Assembly: GCA_003693705.1 (NCBI GenBank)
Contig: RBZT01000610.1
Location: 1 to 61,944 of the forward strand
Direction: 5' to 3'
DNA length: 61,944 bases
DNA from: Polymyxa betae A26-41
Taxonomy: Eukaryota > Protista > Endomyxa: Phytomyxea
The notes beneath the pieces were generated by a model. That model was given only the letters and a program-made list of their open reading frames with translations. It was not told where the DNA came from and did not search any database. Made by a program: the position numbers and the translations under genes. This document shows, piece after piece, positions 48,600 to 61,944 of the stretch (its first letter is position 1; the number at the start of each line of letters is the position of its first letter).

Positions 48600-49600
48600 A
48601 GCGAAAATGAGCTTGGAACTGTGGCACGGCGTCATCCATATTTCTGGACTTTATTCCTATTTTTCAATAAAGTTTTTTGTCCATTTGATTCCGACATCGG
48701 GTTGATAATTGATTCCGCTGTTATACGGTTTTTGCGTCCAAGGCAAAGTGGGTTACGATCTGGCGAGGTTTTTCTCGAACGTCTCCCGAGCGATGTCGAA
48801 TTCCACCTTGCCCTCTCTACAGTACTGTTTGAATCGTTTGTTCACTCTTACGTCTAAGATTTGAAGCTGGGACGTGTGTCCGTAACTACAAATTCCACAC
48901 AGTTCCGCCTAAGAATGTGATTATAGACATTCAAGTTTTGCTCTCACAAACCTCAGTTCCTTGCTGCTCGAATGAGCTGACAATTTCGTGGCTCATGTGA
49001 GCAGAAAGTTTGTCCAATATTAAAAACTTTGCAGATCGCCGCATCAGCCAAGGTCGCCAAACCCTACTGACACACTCTTTCATTTCTGCTAGACAGCATC
49101 AGGCGTTCTCCTGAACAGTGCTAACGACATTTGCAGAGAGCCTCGAGCAATACAGATGCCGGGGACTTCCTTATAGACGTTGGTCTTTGGTTTGCCCTTG
49201 AAGATAAGAATCAAGGGCAGCTTTTTCTCCTGACAGCGAAACCCCTAAGTTTGCGGTAGCCCCTTCCGGAAGACCTTGTGGAATCGACATCAACGTCCGT
49301 CTTCCCCGTCCCTCCCATGTTGCTGTCATGGATTGTCAAATGCAGCGTCAGTTTGTTCGATGTTGACAGTCCGTTCAGGGGAAGTTGCCTCATGGCTATG
49401 TGCTCATTGACGCATGCAACAAAATCAGCGATTGTGCAGCACAATGGCGTGTATTTTGAGCCGTATAGGTGTTGCGGCGCAGTACGAGCTTTCCTGATGC
49501 AAAAATCTATTTATTTGCTTTCGTCTGACCACACGATTGTGCGCTGAAAATCTCTGCGAAACATACACCATTAATCCAAACCCTAAGGGTAGAGGCTCAC
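48600..49600 (-). pseudogene. pogo/Tigger-like (DDE_1) transposase remnant
   Basis: GEKLPLILIFKGKP, VQENA, VWRPW, LILDKLSAH, GHTSQLQILDVRVNKRFK across frameshifts. Confidence 0.75.
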
Positions 49601-50008
49601 AAGAGACCCGCTTACAGTAGAGATTCGTGCAGCAACATCGACGCAGACACTGGCTCCGAACGTGCCCTCTTAACCTCAAAGTAATGGTGGTGGGCAGAAA
49701 CGTCCTGGTCCTCGACATGTAGAGAGCTACTAGGATTTTTCATCTTAGCACCCGACTTCAGCTCTTGCACATCCAGAAGCTTTTTGCATCTTTTATTCTT
49801 TAAAGATCAGCATGGTAATTCTTTGCTGTTGCATAAACACGACCAGGAGGTTTATAAGCCTCTCGCTCGATGGTCTTCTCCAGAAAAGTTTCCACGACCC
49901 ATGATGCTGAACGGAAGTGAATACGTGTTGGCAAGCCGCATACCGTTAGAATCTATTTTAAACGGTTATACTGTACAGCCTTCAGTGAGAAAAAATACAC
50001 CAATTCAA

Positions 50009-50308
50009 ATCAAAAGGCGCCATAGCCACTACCCGATTAAATCAGCATCCATTTGAGTAGATTCGCTGTTGCTATTTCACTAGGATCTACGACAACAAAA
50101 TGAGGCCCATCAAAAGGCGCCATAGCCACTACCCGATTAAATCAGCATCCATTTGAGTAGATTCGCTGTTGCTATTTCACTAGGATCTACGATAACAAAA
50201 TGAGGCCCATCAAAAGGCGCCATACCCACTACCCGATTAAATCAGCATCCATTTGAGTAGATTCGCTGTTGCTATTTCACCGGGATCTACGATAACAAAA
50301 TGAGGCCC
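50009..50308. repeat. Tandem repeat, 3 x 100 bp, nearly identical units
   Basis: ATCAAAAGGCGCCATA...AAAATGAGGCCC starting at 50009, 50109 and 50209. Confidence 0.97.
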
Positions 50309-53300
50309 GATGTGAAAAAACAGCACATTCATGAATTTCATGATTGTCACATTCAGATACTGTAGACTTTCTGTATAGTCTCGAGCCGCAAATGCTAAAA
50401 CAGAAGTCACAGGAATCAGTTGGCCAGCAATCGTCGAATCAGACAGAATCAATATAAGGTAAGCCATGTCACGATTGTTAAGAAATACGATTATGAACTA
50501 CTTCTCATTACCAGTGTGACATGCTCGTCATACAAATCACACGAAACATTCCAACATTCCGCCTTCCTTCAAGGCGAAACTATTTCTATAGTGGTGGATG
50601 CTCTGAAGAGAATATTTGCGGATCAGATTCAGAAACTCGATATGTGCTTCCATCCAAGGTTTCGACGGGAGCTCTCACTGCTCTAGAGCATCGCTGTTCC
50701 TCTTGATCAACCTGTTTTACAGCAAACAGTTCGTATCAACTCTGGAGGCCCCGGGATATAGCTGAAAAGATTGCTGTGAAACCGATCTAATCTAGGGATG
50801 GCTTTGGTGAAATCCGATCCAAACACGAAATCATTAGAGCTGGAATGATCCCGGCCACGAATTTACGGCACAAAGGTAACACCATTAACTGTGTCAAATG
50901 AAGCGATTCGCGAGGCAACAACCGGCCTCATAATCCTGACAGAGCCGTTGTCTACGTGCTTCACGAAGTCAATCTATCTATGAACTATTCATGCGAACCT
51001 GCAGAGAAAGTATTATCCAAAAGCGACAGTATATTCCCAGATTGGAAAATCAACAGTACTAACAATACAAAAGATTTGCTGAAGAAAAGAGGAAGTGCGA
51101 AGAAGCCATGGAGAAAGGTAGATTCACGATAGCAAGCGATATGGCGGGGCCATCTAAGGCTAAGAAGCGGACGAAAGAACAGAAGATGCGGAGAGAGAAC
51201 GAGAGAGATTGGTAGCTTCAGAATAGAGACGAAATGGAGAGTAAGTGAGAAAACACTCCAGAATTTGGAAACGTATGCGTCAGTGATGCAATGAAAAACA
51301 TTACAAACGCGGTGTTTTGGAGATTAATGTTGGAAATGCAACGGTGACCTCTGTAAGGGCTGCAGCTCCTGGCAACTGGGACCAGCCAAACGTTCATCAC
51401 ATGGAAGGGCTGGCGAACCTGTGTTGCGAGGGGGAACAAGGGAGACCGGACTGACACTGTGGGTTGCGGCAAGAACACCGGTAGGTGGAAAGTCCGCCGC
51501 GGAGTTTTGACACTATATGGAAGTCTCCTAGTATGGTTTATCCTATATAATTCTCAATTCATAATAGTACAGTTCATTCTGTTATTGGTTGTCTAACCTC
51601 AGGATCAATATTGTAGTTCAAGTTTGAAGACAAGTCGTCTTCAGACTTTCAACAATTAATCAGCTGAAATTTTGAAGGTAATGGAATACAGTGGTTGCGA
51701 AGTTATCAGAAATTAGGGTAAGCCCTCAGAACCTGTGTGAGAAAAAACAGGCTCAAGATTTGGTGAACAGCCTGAAGCAGGTTACAGTCAGCAGGTGGAT
51801 GGTTTTAGCGAAGCTATGAATGATGGTGATATCCATATCTGAGATATCACTGAAAATAACAAACACTGAATTAAATGCAAGAGAATGAGTTTGCCAGGCT
51901 CCGGGTATGCCTGTTAACCACGCCGAAATGTCTGCTAAAATAACCGATTCTTCCGCTCCTGCAGGGGAAGCGAAGCGAACGAGACCTCTGCAAGTTGAGG
52001 CTGTTCATCAGAAGTCTTTGGTTTGCTCATATCACCGCTACTTTTCCGACTGCTTCAAGAATCCGGAAAAACAAACTTTTTAGCTGGTTCCAGCCAGGGC
52101 CGGTTTGGAAAAACGTCCGTTTAATTGTTGAAGTTGCCCCTTATCGCACAGAGCTAGCTCTCGCAGATGTTTGAGGATCTAGTAAAGGAACTTCCTAAAA
52201 ACTGCTAATACCGATCAGGATAACCCTAACATCTTGATTGAGAATGGCCAAAACCAAGGGACAACCGGAGAAGGGTGGATTTCTGAGGGGCCGGGCGCCA
52301 CGGTCCAGACACCAAATGGATGGTCACTAACCCCTCGGCTCTCATGTACCCTCTTGGATCATACCTTCCACAGTCACGGTGTTTCTGGTGCGCAGAATGA
52401 GCTCGAACACTGTTCGTGAATCGCTATCGATTTTAATGGAAAAAACATGATAAAATAGGTTAGGCGGTAATCTACAATTGCGATATGGTTCAGCGATTTG
52501 TGGCTATCGGATATTGTGTTGCAGCAATTGCAACATTACGTTCATTATATTATTCCCTATCTTCCGTTTCGTAATTCAGCTTGTTCAAAACTGGATGGGC
52601 GTGTGTAGCAAATATGTGCTGAGCCGACTGACGCAACACTGAACAATGCTGCCCTAATGAATCTGATCGCTGAACCGGCCAATAAAGATGATGACCGTTC
52701 AGGAAATCCACTTTCTACATAGAATCCCTTTTTGAGACGCAGCCCTGTTCGACATACATGTTATGGCAGGCAATTTTGGAGAAATTGCGTGGACTATGGA
52801 GTGCTCTGTTTGCGATCTAGGAAACGACATATATCCCAATGGATTGGCCTGGGGCAGCGTTAGCGCACAGTAGAACGCACAAATCTTTACAGGATATTTT
52901 GACGACATTATGAATCAATAAAGCGATTCAGATTTTCAGACATTCAGACGCGATTTGATTGAATGTTTCTCTGGTTTCGCAGCCACATTAATGCTAACAG
53001 ACACTGTTTTGGTATTGGTAGATTTATTCAAAGATTCAATAGAGCAATGCAAATTTATGATACTACAGCTGGGTAGGAATCTCCTTGCCAGTGAAAACTA
53101 CATGTCGAACTGTTTTCGGAGGGATGATTCATTTTCAAAACTCTTCCAACCCGTATCAAAATGTTATTTCGTCAGGATGATGGGATATTTCAACACGTAC
53201 TATCTACTGATGCAGCCAACCTCCTGTTTAAAGGAAAAAGAAATGAAAGCTAAAGTTCACAGAGAAGTGGTTTATTCGTTGCATATTGCCTATCTTAAAC

Positions 53301-53743
53301 TCCCTGTGATGGTGCTAAATAAGAAGTAGAGGGCAAACCCTAATAGACGCCATGACTATCACAGAACTACCGAGGAAGGAAATAAAAATCCCTAACGTTA
53401 TAGAAAAGTTCGAAGTCATGAATAAGAGCTTGTCGCTTCAACTTGTCGATGGTTGTGTATGACTGGTATGATAGCATTACGGTACAACTTAAGTCTATGA
53501 GGTGTTAACGACATTATTGCGGTGGAACCCTTTGGATGTCTCGTCTTGGTTGTCGCATTGTGTAACGTTGTTTTGAAACCATGGCAAAAGGTGACAGCGA
53601 TTGGCCAACAAGCGAACCATCCATCTTCGATGTCGTAAAGCCTCAATTACACGCAGTCCTTCGGTAGATTCATATGGCCGATTCAACCGTAAAGATGCCA
53701 ACTGGTAGTGCACTTAAAAAAATGGTACCGGTGCTAGCAGAAG

Positions 53744-53833
53744 TTAATGCCAGGGATGTTCAGAATCAGGCGGATATCTTCTGGAGAGGATGTAGGTATT
53801 TATAATTTCATATTGATCTGGCGAACAATGACA
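53744..53833 (-). repeat. Possible solo LTR related to 571-676
   Basis: Shares CAGAATCAGGC, TATAATTTCATA and a terminal AATGACA in the same order. Confidence 0.3.
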
Positions 53834-55019
53834 ATTTACATATATTAGTCAAAGGTGAAGGAGATGACTTCGTTGATGCTAATCAATCCCTTTATGACGC
53901 GTATCCTCTCGACGTGAATCAATTATATGCAGCCCCGTCAACAAAGTCTGCAGCTCTTACTGCATTGACCCCAGGTGTACTAAGAGGCAAAAAACGTGCT
54001 CTCAGCAATCCTACACCCAGCCCAAGGGATATCAAGCCAGTTCCTTTTAGTTTGAGCCAACCCACGATTTCGTTAGGGTCAGGGCGCGCGCTACAATCAT
54101 TAGAGAATCGTCTTAGAATGCACCGCATCATGCATTACAAAGACCATTCGACCGATAGGGGACATACCATCGTTATTTTCATGCTCTTTCCTGGAACTGA
54201 TATGACAGAGGTTTTAAGCAAAGATAGGAAGGAGGTCTCCTTCGTCGTTAAGACGCCTGACCGCCTGGTCGCAAAACAGTTTCAGATTCATGAGATTTCC
54301 GAGGATGGATATGAAGTCGATGATGACGATCAGCGGCAGTGTATGATGTCGTAATTCAAAACATACGAACCAGAAGAATTCGTTTACAAGATAGAGCTAT
54401 CGTATGCCGTCATGACCCACGCACATTTTATCGAGCGCTGGTTGGGTTGAAGCTTTTGGAGGTCGCGCACTGGTAACCGGCTATGTTCATCAGTCGGAAG
54501 AAGATTACAGCTATTCCATTCAAGCATTATAAGTGTTAATGAAACGAACTTACTAGTACAATGGGGTATCACATTAAACTGCACAAACTTTTCAAAACAG
54601 GAATAACCCGCAAAACTTTAATCAGAAAATATTGAACCGGTACGGAAGATTCCTAGTTTACCGTAGCTTCCAGGGGACTTTTTCATCAGACCTTTCTGTT
54701 GAAGATGGTGGGGCGCGTCCCACTGACGGGCCTCAACAAGATGCCGGCTGTCGCGTGCGGGGCGAGCACGTGACCGGCCCTGGAGTAACTGATGATCTTG
54801 ATTACTAAACTCACTTTGGTTTTGACAACATATCGTTGACTCCTGAGTTCTGAGTAGTTAAATGGCGAACACTCGTTCTGCATCATCTCAGGCAAGAGGC
54901 AACGCGAGCGGTTCAGCGGACGATCAAAGTCCGGACTCCGCGACTGTGAACATGGCTCAGCAGAACCGTACTGAACCTTCCCAGAACCAGTCAACTTCTC
55001 ACTTTCGCGATTGTCAGAA

Positions 55020-55213
55020 TAACCGGGATCCAAGATGAAAACCCAGGTCAGAACAGGTTGTTTGTAAAACCGGTTTTTTCTTGAGCAGGAATCGGTTTTC
55101 GAAAACCAGATCTTTGGTAGCCGAATGTGTCGTTTTTGCGTGAAAACCGGTTTTAGACCAAAAACCAGATTTCAAGGCGCAAAATCGGTTTGACCTGGTC
55201 ATCCAAACGAGCC
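55020..55213. mobile_element. One end of a Tourist/PIF-Harbinger-like element
   Basis: Minus strand TAA|GGGCTCGTTTGGATG terminus with repeated AAAACCGGTTTT subterminal palindromes. I did not find the other terminus. Confidence 0.6.
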
Positions 55214-58200
55214 CTTACTGTTCCAAATCGCCTTAAAGTATTATCTATAGATATCCTCAGAGATCGCCGAGAAGTTTTTGTGCCTGTTTATCAAACTCAT
55301 CTTGGGAGAGTAGATTCAGCTTTAAAGCCGCTTTGAGTTTATCCAAGCGAGCTAAGTCTGAACGATGGCGCAACCATTCTTCCTGACCTCTGCTCTAACT
55401 CGAAAAACTTCTCGCTCAACGTTGCTAACGAGCTTGATTGTATATCAAGCATTAAATTTTTTGATCTTCTGGACCTTTTCTCTGCTCCCTTTGCAAGGGA
55501 TCTCCTCAGCCATGGGCGCAATGTTTTCTATTGGCCCGGTAACTATTGCAATAAACTCATCTTGTCGGGCAAGAATGTTTCGTTTGGCATGGTTGTCTGC
55601 TTTCTTAATCCGCAGAGGAAAGTCGTCTGGCTGTAAGCATATTTTACCTGATTTATTATCTGTATTTCCAGTTTTCAGGTCCTATTTTTCGGATCGTATA
55701 TGATGCCTTAATTGATCTTTAAAAATTCTACAATTTGGAAGTTCCTCTTTCCATTCTTCGTCGATCTAGACAGCCACCAGCATCGGCAAACATGTCATTT
55801 TCTTACTCAATTTACATTAGGGCAGATTCTTTCGGAATCAGCTGTTTGCCCGTCTTTTTACCGCCGTTGGACCACTCGCTACTGTGCCTTCCGTGTGCTG
55901 CAAGAAAAATACTCAGCTTCACCTATCTCATTGTATCGCTGAGCTCTGTTTTCAAACGTTTCGGCTGAGGCGTAAATGCCGCCGAAGGCAGAGTGACAGT
56001 GTCGAAGCAGCTAGCCACGCTAGAATCTTAAAATCTAGAGCAGAATAAAATTCCTTTAAGCGAAAATACGAATAAAACTGTATCATAAAGGTCGAAACAA
56101 GGCTCCGTGGGTCCCAGGATTCAGAGAAATTTGGGCTCAGAGTTTTGCACCCAGCTTTGAGTGGCCCTGGATCTTTGAACTCATCTTTGACTATGCCTGA
56201 AAACAGGAGGCCACATCCGCCCAACTTCGGCCTTCAAAGTGTGTGACTGAGAAGTTAACGCCTTTAACGGATTCCGTTATTGTCAAACGATATTGAGGGA
56301 AAAATGCTATTTGTCATTGAAGATAGCATTGAAGGGACAGTTTGTGAAAATAGGAACCTGGGACCTATTCAGAATTCCATTCTTCCAGAAGGGCCTGTTG
56401 TGCTGTGCTCCGCTTACCTGCCTCTGTGGTAGGCGAAATGCATCATTTGTTGAGAGTCGATGTTGACATCAGCTCATTTGAGATTCATAATTCTTCATTT
56501 TCTGGTCTTCCTTGCACACATGTTCTTCCCCGAGTCTTTCAATCATGGCAGGCAATGCCTCTGGAACCCCTGAATCGCTTTAATGATTTAATGTGAAAAC
56601 TCAGACAGAATGGGACTTACGTAACCGCAAAATTCGCTCACTTGAGAATGGACGGCGTATGGGCTGGAGATTAGCTTGTCAAGAGCTCAGTTGGAGGGAC
56701 TCCCACAGGGAAATTATTTCGAAGTGGCGTGCTCCTGGCTGGTGGCGACTTCATTCATTACGGCCGGCAATCAAATGGGAAGATCCCAATCCTGGCGGCT
56801 TCCGTCATATGCTATTTCACACTGAACCCGGACGGATTTGTTCCATAGAATGATCAGCAGCTACATTGGCTAGGTCTCATGCAGTTTCTCCATGGGCAAT
56901 CGAGAACATCGGCATTCGAAGCTGTTGAGTGTAATGAGATCAATTTAAACAAATCCGCACATTACGGAACCATATCACTACAAATTATAGAAAGGCAAAA
57001 CCCTTTCGTCAGCGGATGGATAGCTTTAAGAATAGCGGTCTGCCGCGAACTAGACTATGCGTCGTGTTACCAAACAGTCTTCAACCAAATCGCGCTTTGT
57101 AAAGGAGCTGCTGGATTGCGTGATGCAGCGTTTGCAGCTAATGGTCCACTGAGGCAGCGTGGCGCATCTGAACGCATCCTTTATCGGAGAATGCTTTGTA
57201 CCAGTCTCGTTATCAAGTGATGGAATTCTCTTTTAAAGAGTTTGTGACTTCGAAGGCCTATTATTTTGAGTGACACAAGTCAGAGGCGAAGATTGAATTA
57301 TGGCTTTTGCGGCTTATAATACCAAGACTACTGGGACGCCGGTGAAGAATAAGATGACGAAATCCTCTGATACGCTTAGAGAGTCGGGCCCGTGATATAC
57401 TCAAGCAACGCCCAGAGTTATCGACCACTAAGAGGGCAATCCAGACATTTTCTATCAAATTTCGGATCGCATTATCACTGTGGAATCTGGTCACAAGTCA
57501 TTCTGGCCAGCATCACGAGCCATGTCTTCGCTGTTGGAAGATTTTGGATTTTGGAGGCAGCGGCGGTGTTATCTTTCGTCGCGAACTGCTGCTGTGGCGC
57601 TTTGGCTCACCAGTGATCTGGAAAATGTCAAGAATGAACCGGTGTGACTGTCACAAGAATCAGTCTGCAGGTTATCAGCCGCTGAGCTCTTCGGGCATGC
57701 TGCTCCACGAACTGATCCAGTTGCTGTCTTCGCTTCTGTCACGATAAGAGTATTTTTGCTAGGACATTTTTTTGAATGCCAGGATCCCTGTGTTTGACGG
57801 CTTAACACCCTGAACTGTACTTTCAGGATCGTTACAAGGTCTCATTCTTTCAAGGTTTTAACAAAAGCAATTTAAGAAAATATTATATCGATGTGCTGCC
57901 ATGATCCGAGGCACACACATCAGTTTGAGAGCTTTTCTAAAGGCGGTTTGTCCTCCTCTCTGATGGGTGTGTCATCACTCTCTCTCTCTGTCTCCTCGCT
58001 TCAGTTCCCATCCTTCTTCGCTCGGGCTTCGGAGGCTTTAGCAATGACAGCTGATCTTGCTGATGAGATGCGTTATTGCTCCAAACTTTTGATGGAGAAT
58101 ATCATACCTGGAGCGTCCAATGAAGCATGAAATCGGAACCTATTCAGATCACATGCGAAAGGAAACTCCGTGCAGAAATTCACCACCGTCCCTTTTAATC

Positions 58201-59557
58201 AGAATATTCAGAAAAGCGGCTTTCTATGAACGGATTTGCATTCATTGCTCCCTTCAGTTCAGGTTCCGAAGAAATACAGCTGTTTCACTCAGCGGCCACA
58301 ACTCCTTCATCCGGACTTTATTTGCTTGATGGAATTTTGATGGACGGATTTCGTTTGGATAGACGAAAATGAACCATCCAATTCGCCCAAAAGGGGAATG
58401 TCGGAGTTTTATGGATTCTGCTTTGTTTTGTGAGCTCTCTTGATATTCAGAATTCTTCATCCCAACTGTCATTGCGTTTTAATGTTTGACATTTCTTAAA
58501 ACCATCATTGCAAGCAGCATGATGCCTTGTGTGCTCGTATTTTATTTACAAGGCGGCGACCAGAATGCACGTCCGATGCGAAACGGGTGATATATTGACA
58601 GCAATGGGACCCGTGTCAGTCTAACCATTGATTCAACTGAAAACTGACCCAGGAGTTTAGAATCACTGCTGAATGTGCGCCGACTTTTGCCCCAGCAAAG
58701 GCTCATAGCGAACTTTACTTTTTTAAACCAGGGGTTTTCATGTTTCTTAATCCGGGCTTCTACGCAGTAATATCGGCCACGGACATTTCTTAACCGGGGA
58801 AGTTTATTATGGCGAGTGACAGAATTCCTGAAAACGACATTAAGATCTGAGCACTCCAGAAGTACGAGTGACCAATGAAGCAGATATTGTCCGTATCTAA
58901 ACTCAGGACTCTATTGTTTCCGAGCCTAATCAGTAACTTTTGATTTTTCCATATCACAGTATAGCGATATCGCCAGATTGGTTCGGAAACTGAGGACGCT
59001 TCAGATTGGATAAAATTTCGAGATGTTCATTGAATCCCTCTCGCGCGTTTGCGATGTGACTGATCACTTTGTACAGAGCATGGCCATAATATCGCACGGA
59101 TTGTTCCTAACGGAGATGGAGACGGGTTTTTTAGTTCTATGGAATCTGGGTCAAACTTCCTCACGGGATCAAGTTTTGCAGAATTGGCGCGTTGCGGTCC
59201 AGTTCCCGGCAGTCCAACACCATCTTGACGTTGGCGACAAAACAGTCTTAGATATTTCTTTTGAAATCCCCGGTCGTTCATTGTCCCGATGACACGCAAT
59301 TTACATGGTCGTCGGACAAATCAACCACCGGGTCTTCGCGTGCAGCGTTATCAAAACGCTGTGTGGACAGATTCATATAAACAAAGAAAATTGATCCATT
59401 TCATCCGGCTACACTCTGAGACTGCCAACAAGGAAATAATCTGCCAGGTTCCACCGTAGATTCAATCCACATCACGCCCACCCCTCCCTAAAATCAACAC
59501 AGGTTTGGTCATCGATCGCAATGGGACTCATGTTCAACAATACCGAGACCCAGTCAA

Positions 59558-60880
59558 TCATAATCCACCTACAGTAGAGACAGCGCAAACCATCCATCCA
59601 CCAGACGAGTCAGTAAACAGACATTTGTCAAAATCTTGCCGTGGATGGGCTAGCTCAACAACATTTTTCAATGCCTCGATGATTGTAAGGAAGGATGATT
59701 CAATTTCAGAAGTCCAGAGCGTATGTGGTAGAGGAATACGCTTTGCATATTTCTTCGACTGGTCCTGAGGATCCTGTAAGAGAAGTTCATATAGTGCACG
59801 AATAGGAGCAATTTTTTGAGCGAATTGAGGGATATGAATAGCAAACCACTGACATGCGCAAAGAAATTGTAACAAATCACCAGCATTATATGGACGTGGA
59901 AAGTTGCACAAAGCCGCAATTCGTTCGGGATCATGAGAAACACCGGATTCAGAGTAAATCATACCACACCATCGGGTTTCAGTGGAGTAGAAGTTACATC
60001 GGGCCGCATTTAATTGGAGGCCATATTGTCGAAGCAAGTGGAAAATAGATTCAAGAACAAACAGTAGTGATTGATCATCGGTGAATGAACCAGCAGATCG
60101 TCGACCCAAATCAGCAACTGTTCAGCAGATAATCGAGGTTGAAAAATGGAATCCATGGATCGCTGAAAAGCAAAATCTGAATTACGATGGCCTTGAGGAA
60201 GTCGAAAAGGAGTAAATATTCCCAAAGGTGTCAACATGGATTGACTCTCAACGTTACCAGAAATAGGAATTTGCCAGAATCCCTTAAACGCGTCTAAAGT
60301 ACAGAAACGCTTAGAGTAACCAGGTATGCGCCAACTGTTGATAAATGTGGCATAGGATCCTGTAAGCGCTTGGTCATAGAATTAGGGACTGATCACAAAC
60401 AGACCGGAAAGAAGTAAGAGATCCTGCCTTAGGAACACAAAAGGCTGGGGAAGCCCATGAAGAAGGATTAAGATAGCCATAATTCAAATCAATGAGGAGT
60501 TGGAAATGATCAGCTAGAAACTTATGATGTAACGGAGGGTACCTTCGAGCGTTGCAAAGGTTTGGTTCGGCATTTGGTAGAAGTCTTATCTGATGGAGGA
60601 ACCTTTACAGGTGGATCCGGTCCCAGTTTAAGACGAAACACTTCAGCATAATCGTGAACCAAGCGTCGCAACCCTTCGATGAATGATACTGAAACAGAGC
60701 TGAGCGAAACTACCTTGTCTACTGCACCATTTAGAGCTGATATGACTTCAGAGCGATCATCAAATCCAAAATCTACAGCATCACAGTCTTCGTCATTTCC
60801 AAAAATCATCGCCGGAGTCATATCAGTGAATTCTGTTAGTTCTTTGGATGCAATATCACATACCACTTTGAGCAAGAATT
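59558..60880 (-). pseudogene. pol: Ty3/Gypsy RT remnant related to the 7843-12882 element
   Basis: FRLKLGPDPPV, WASPAFCVPK, TLDAFKGFWQIP, RLPQG, WVDDLL, HDPERIAAL, CLFTDSS. Confidence 0.92.
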
Positions 60881-61065
60881 GTTGCCCGGACTCTTAAGAC
60901 CATCTAGAATAAGGAGTGCTTTTAGCCAGTACGCACAAATAATACAATCTCTGCGCAGCTTTTTGCACGCACTTCATTCCGTACTGGCCCGCCTATTGGC
61001 TGCGCCATGCCCCTTTGAAGCTGAGGAGACCTCATGGCTCCCAGTAAATTACCCGCAGGCTCGAA

Positions 61066-61782
61066 ATGGGCGACCGTCCTCAGCCACCGGCACTGCCCGA
61101 CCCGCCAACGCAGCGAGTCGGACGAAACCTGACAAACAGGGAGCGCAATGGTATCATGAAAAGTCGGCTAATTCGGACCCAAACTGGGAAATTGCCGAGG
61201 GGGCAATACAAGAAATCGCAATGCAATTCGACTACTGCTCGAAAACCGTTTCTCGTTTCTGCCATGACATTCGAACTTCCCTTGAACTTGGACAAGCATT
61301 CCTGGATGTCAGCTCAAAAATTCCACAAAATTCTGGCCGCAAACCCAAAAACCGCGAAGAAATTCTAAGCAAAATTGCGCAAGTTGCTTTTCAAGATCGA
61401 AAATCTTTGCGAGACATTTCTGGAAAAGCCGGAGTGTCTTACGGGACACTTCAAAACGTAATACGAGAAGGAAAGATGACAAGGGCGAAAAACAGATTGA
61501 AACCTCTTTCGCAGCCGCAAAAGATTTCACGTTTACGCTTTGCATTAAGAATGGTGCAACCTGAAACCAGACTTTTCAAGGACATGTACGACATGGTTCA
61601 TGTCGAGGAGAAGTGGTTTTTTGTCAAAACAATTGATGAGAGATACTATCGTATTGATGGTGAGGTGCCAAAACCTTCCAGAAGTGTCCAAAGCAAAAGG
61701 TTCATTAGCAAAGTTTTGTTTCTAGTTGCAGTATCTAGGCCACGATGGGATCCCCATCGGAAAACAATGTTTGTCGGGAAAT
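61066..61782 (+). pseudogene. mariner-like transposase (DD39D/plant-oomycete type), 5' part, frameshifted and truncated
   Basis: GKLPRG|AIQEIA, GRKPK, NRLKPLS...RLRFAL, MVHVEEKWFF, SKRFISKVLFLVAVSRPRWD...FVGK. Confidence 0.85.
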
Positions 61783-61944
61783 CCCAGGACCCCCGAGAGG
61801 TCCGTACGGCATCCGTACGGACCGAGCTGGATTTGGGTCCTGGGATTCGAGCTGGAATAAATCAGAGTTGATAACGAGCTGTAATTCGTGTGTGTCAATT
61901 TAGTAGCGTATCGCGATTGGAGGATCCGCTCCAAAGAATTCTTT

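Noticed and set aside
50009-50308. CRISPR-like array
   Set aside because: Units are head-to-tail with no unique spacers, there are no cas genes, and the context is eukaryotic.
51100-59400. Host genes among the short ORFs, and a possible LTR/PBS near 51586
   Set aside because: No recognisable domains, frequent stops and no second LTR. Probably old TE debris, left unannotated.

Overview
This window is a eukaryotic transposon graveyard (about 45% GC by eye; short GT-AG introns; TTAGGG-type repeats; element families resembling those of oomycete, fungal or other protist genomes, host not determinable). I found no intact host gene, rRNA, full tRNA or CRISPR array. It holds many nested elements: a TSD-bounded chromodomain Ty3/Gypsy (7843-12882); a Ty1/Copia (about 13681-22519) interrupted by a complete hAT and a complete piggyBac-like element; two more hATs, one carrying a Penelope-like RT insertion; a DIRS/Ngaro-like element with gag and pol on opposite strands; and remnants of Crypton, CACTA, MULE, pogo, Tc1/mariner, LINE, further LTR elements and MITEs. 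The most interesting signal is a piggyBac-like family with three divergent copies here. Its transposase carries a YqaJ/lambda-exonuclease-like PD-(D/E)XK nuclease plus a SAP domain inserted in frame between the second and third catalytic aspartates. The complete copy has a TTAT target duplication and an intron built from telomeric repeats. All calls come from manual motif reading; no database search was run.
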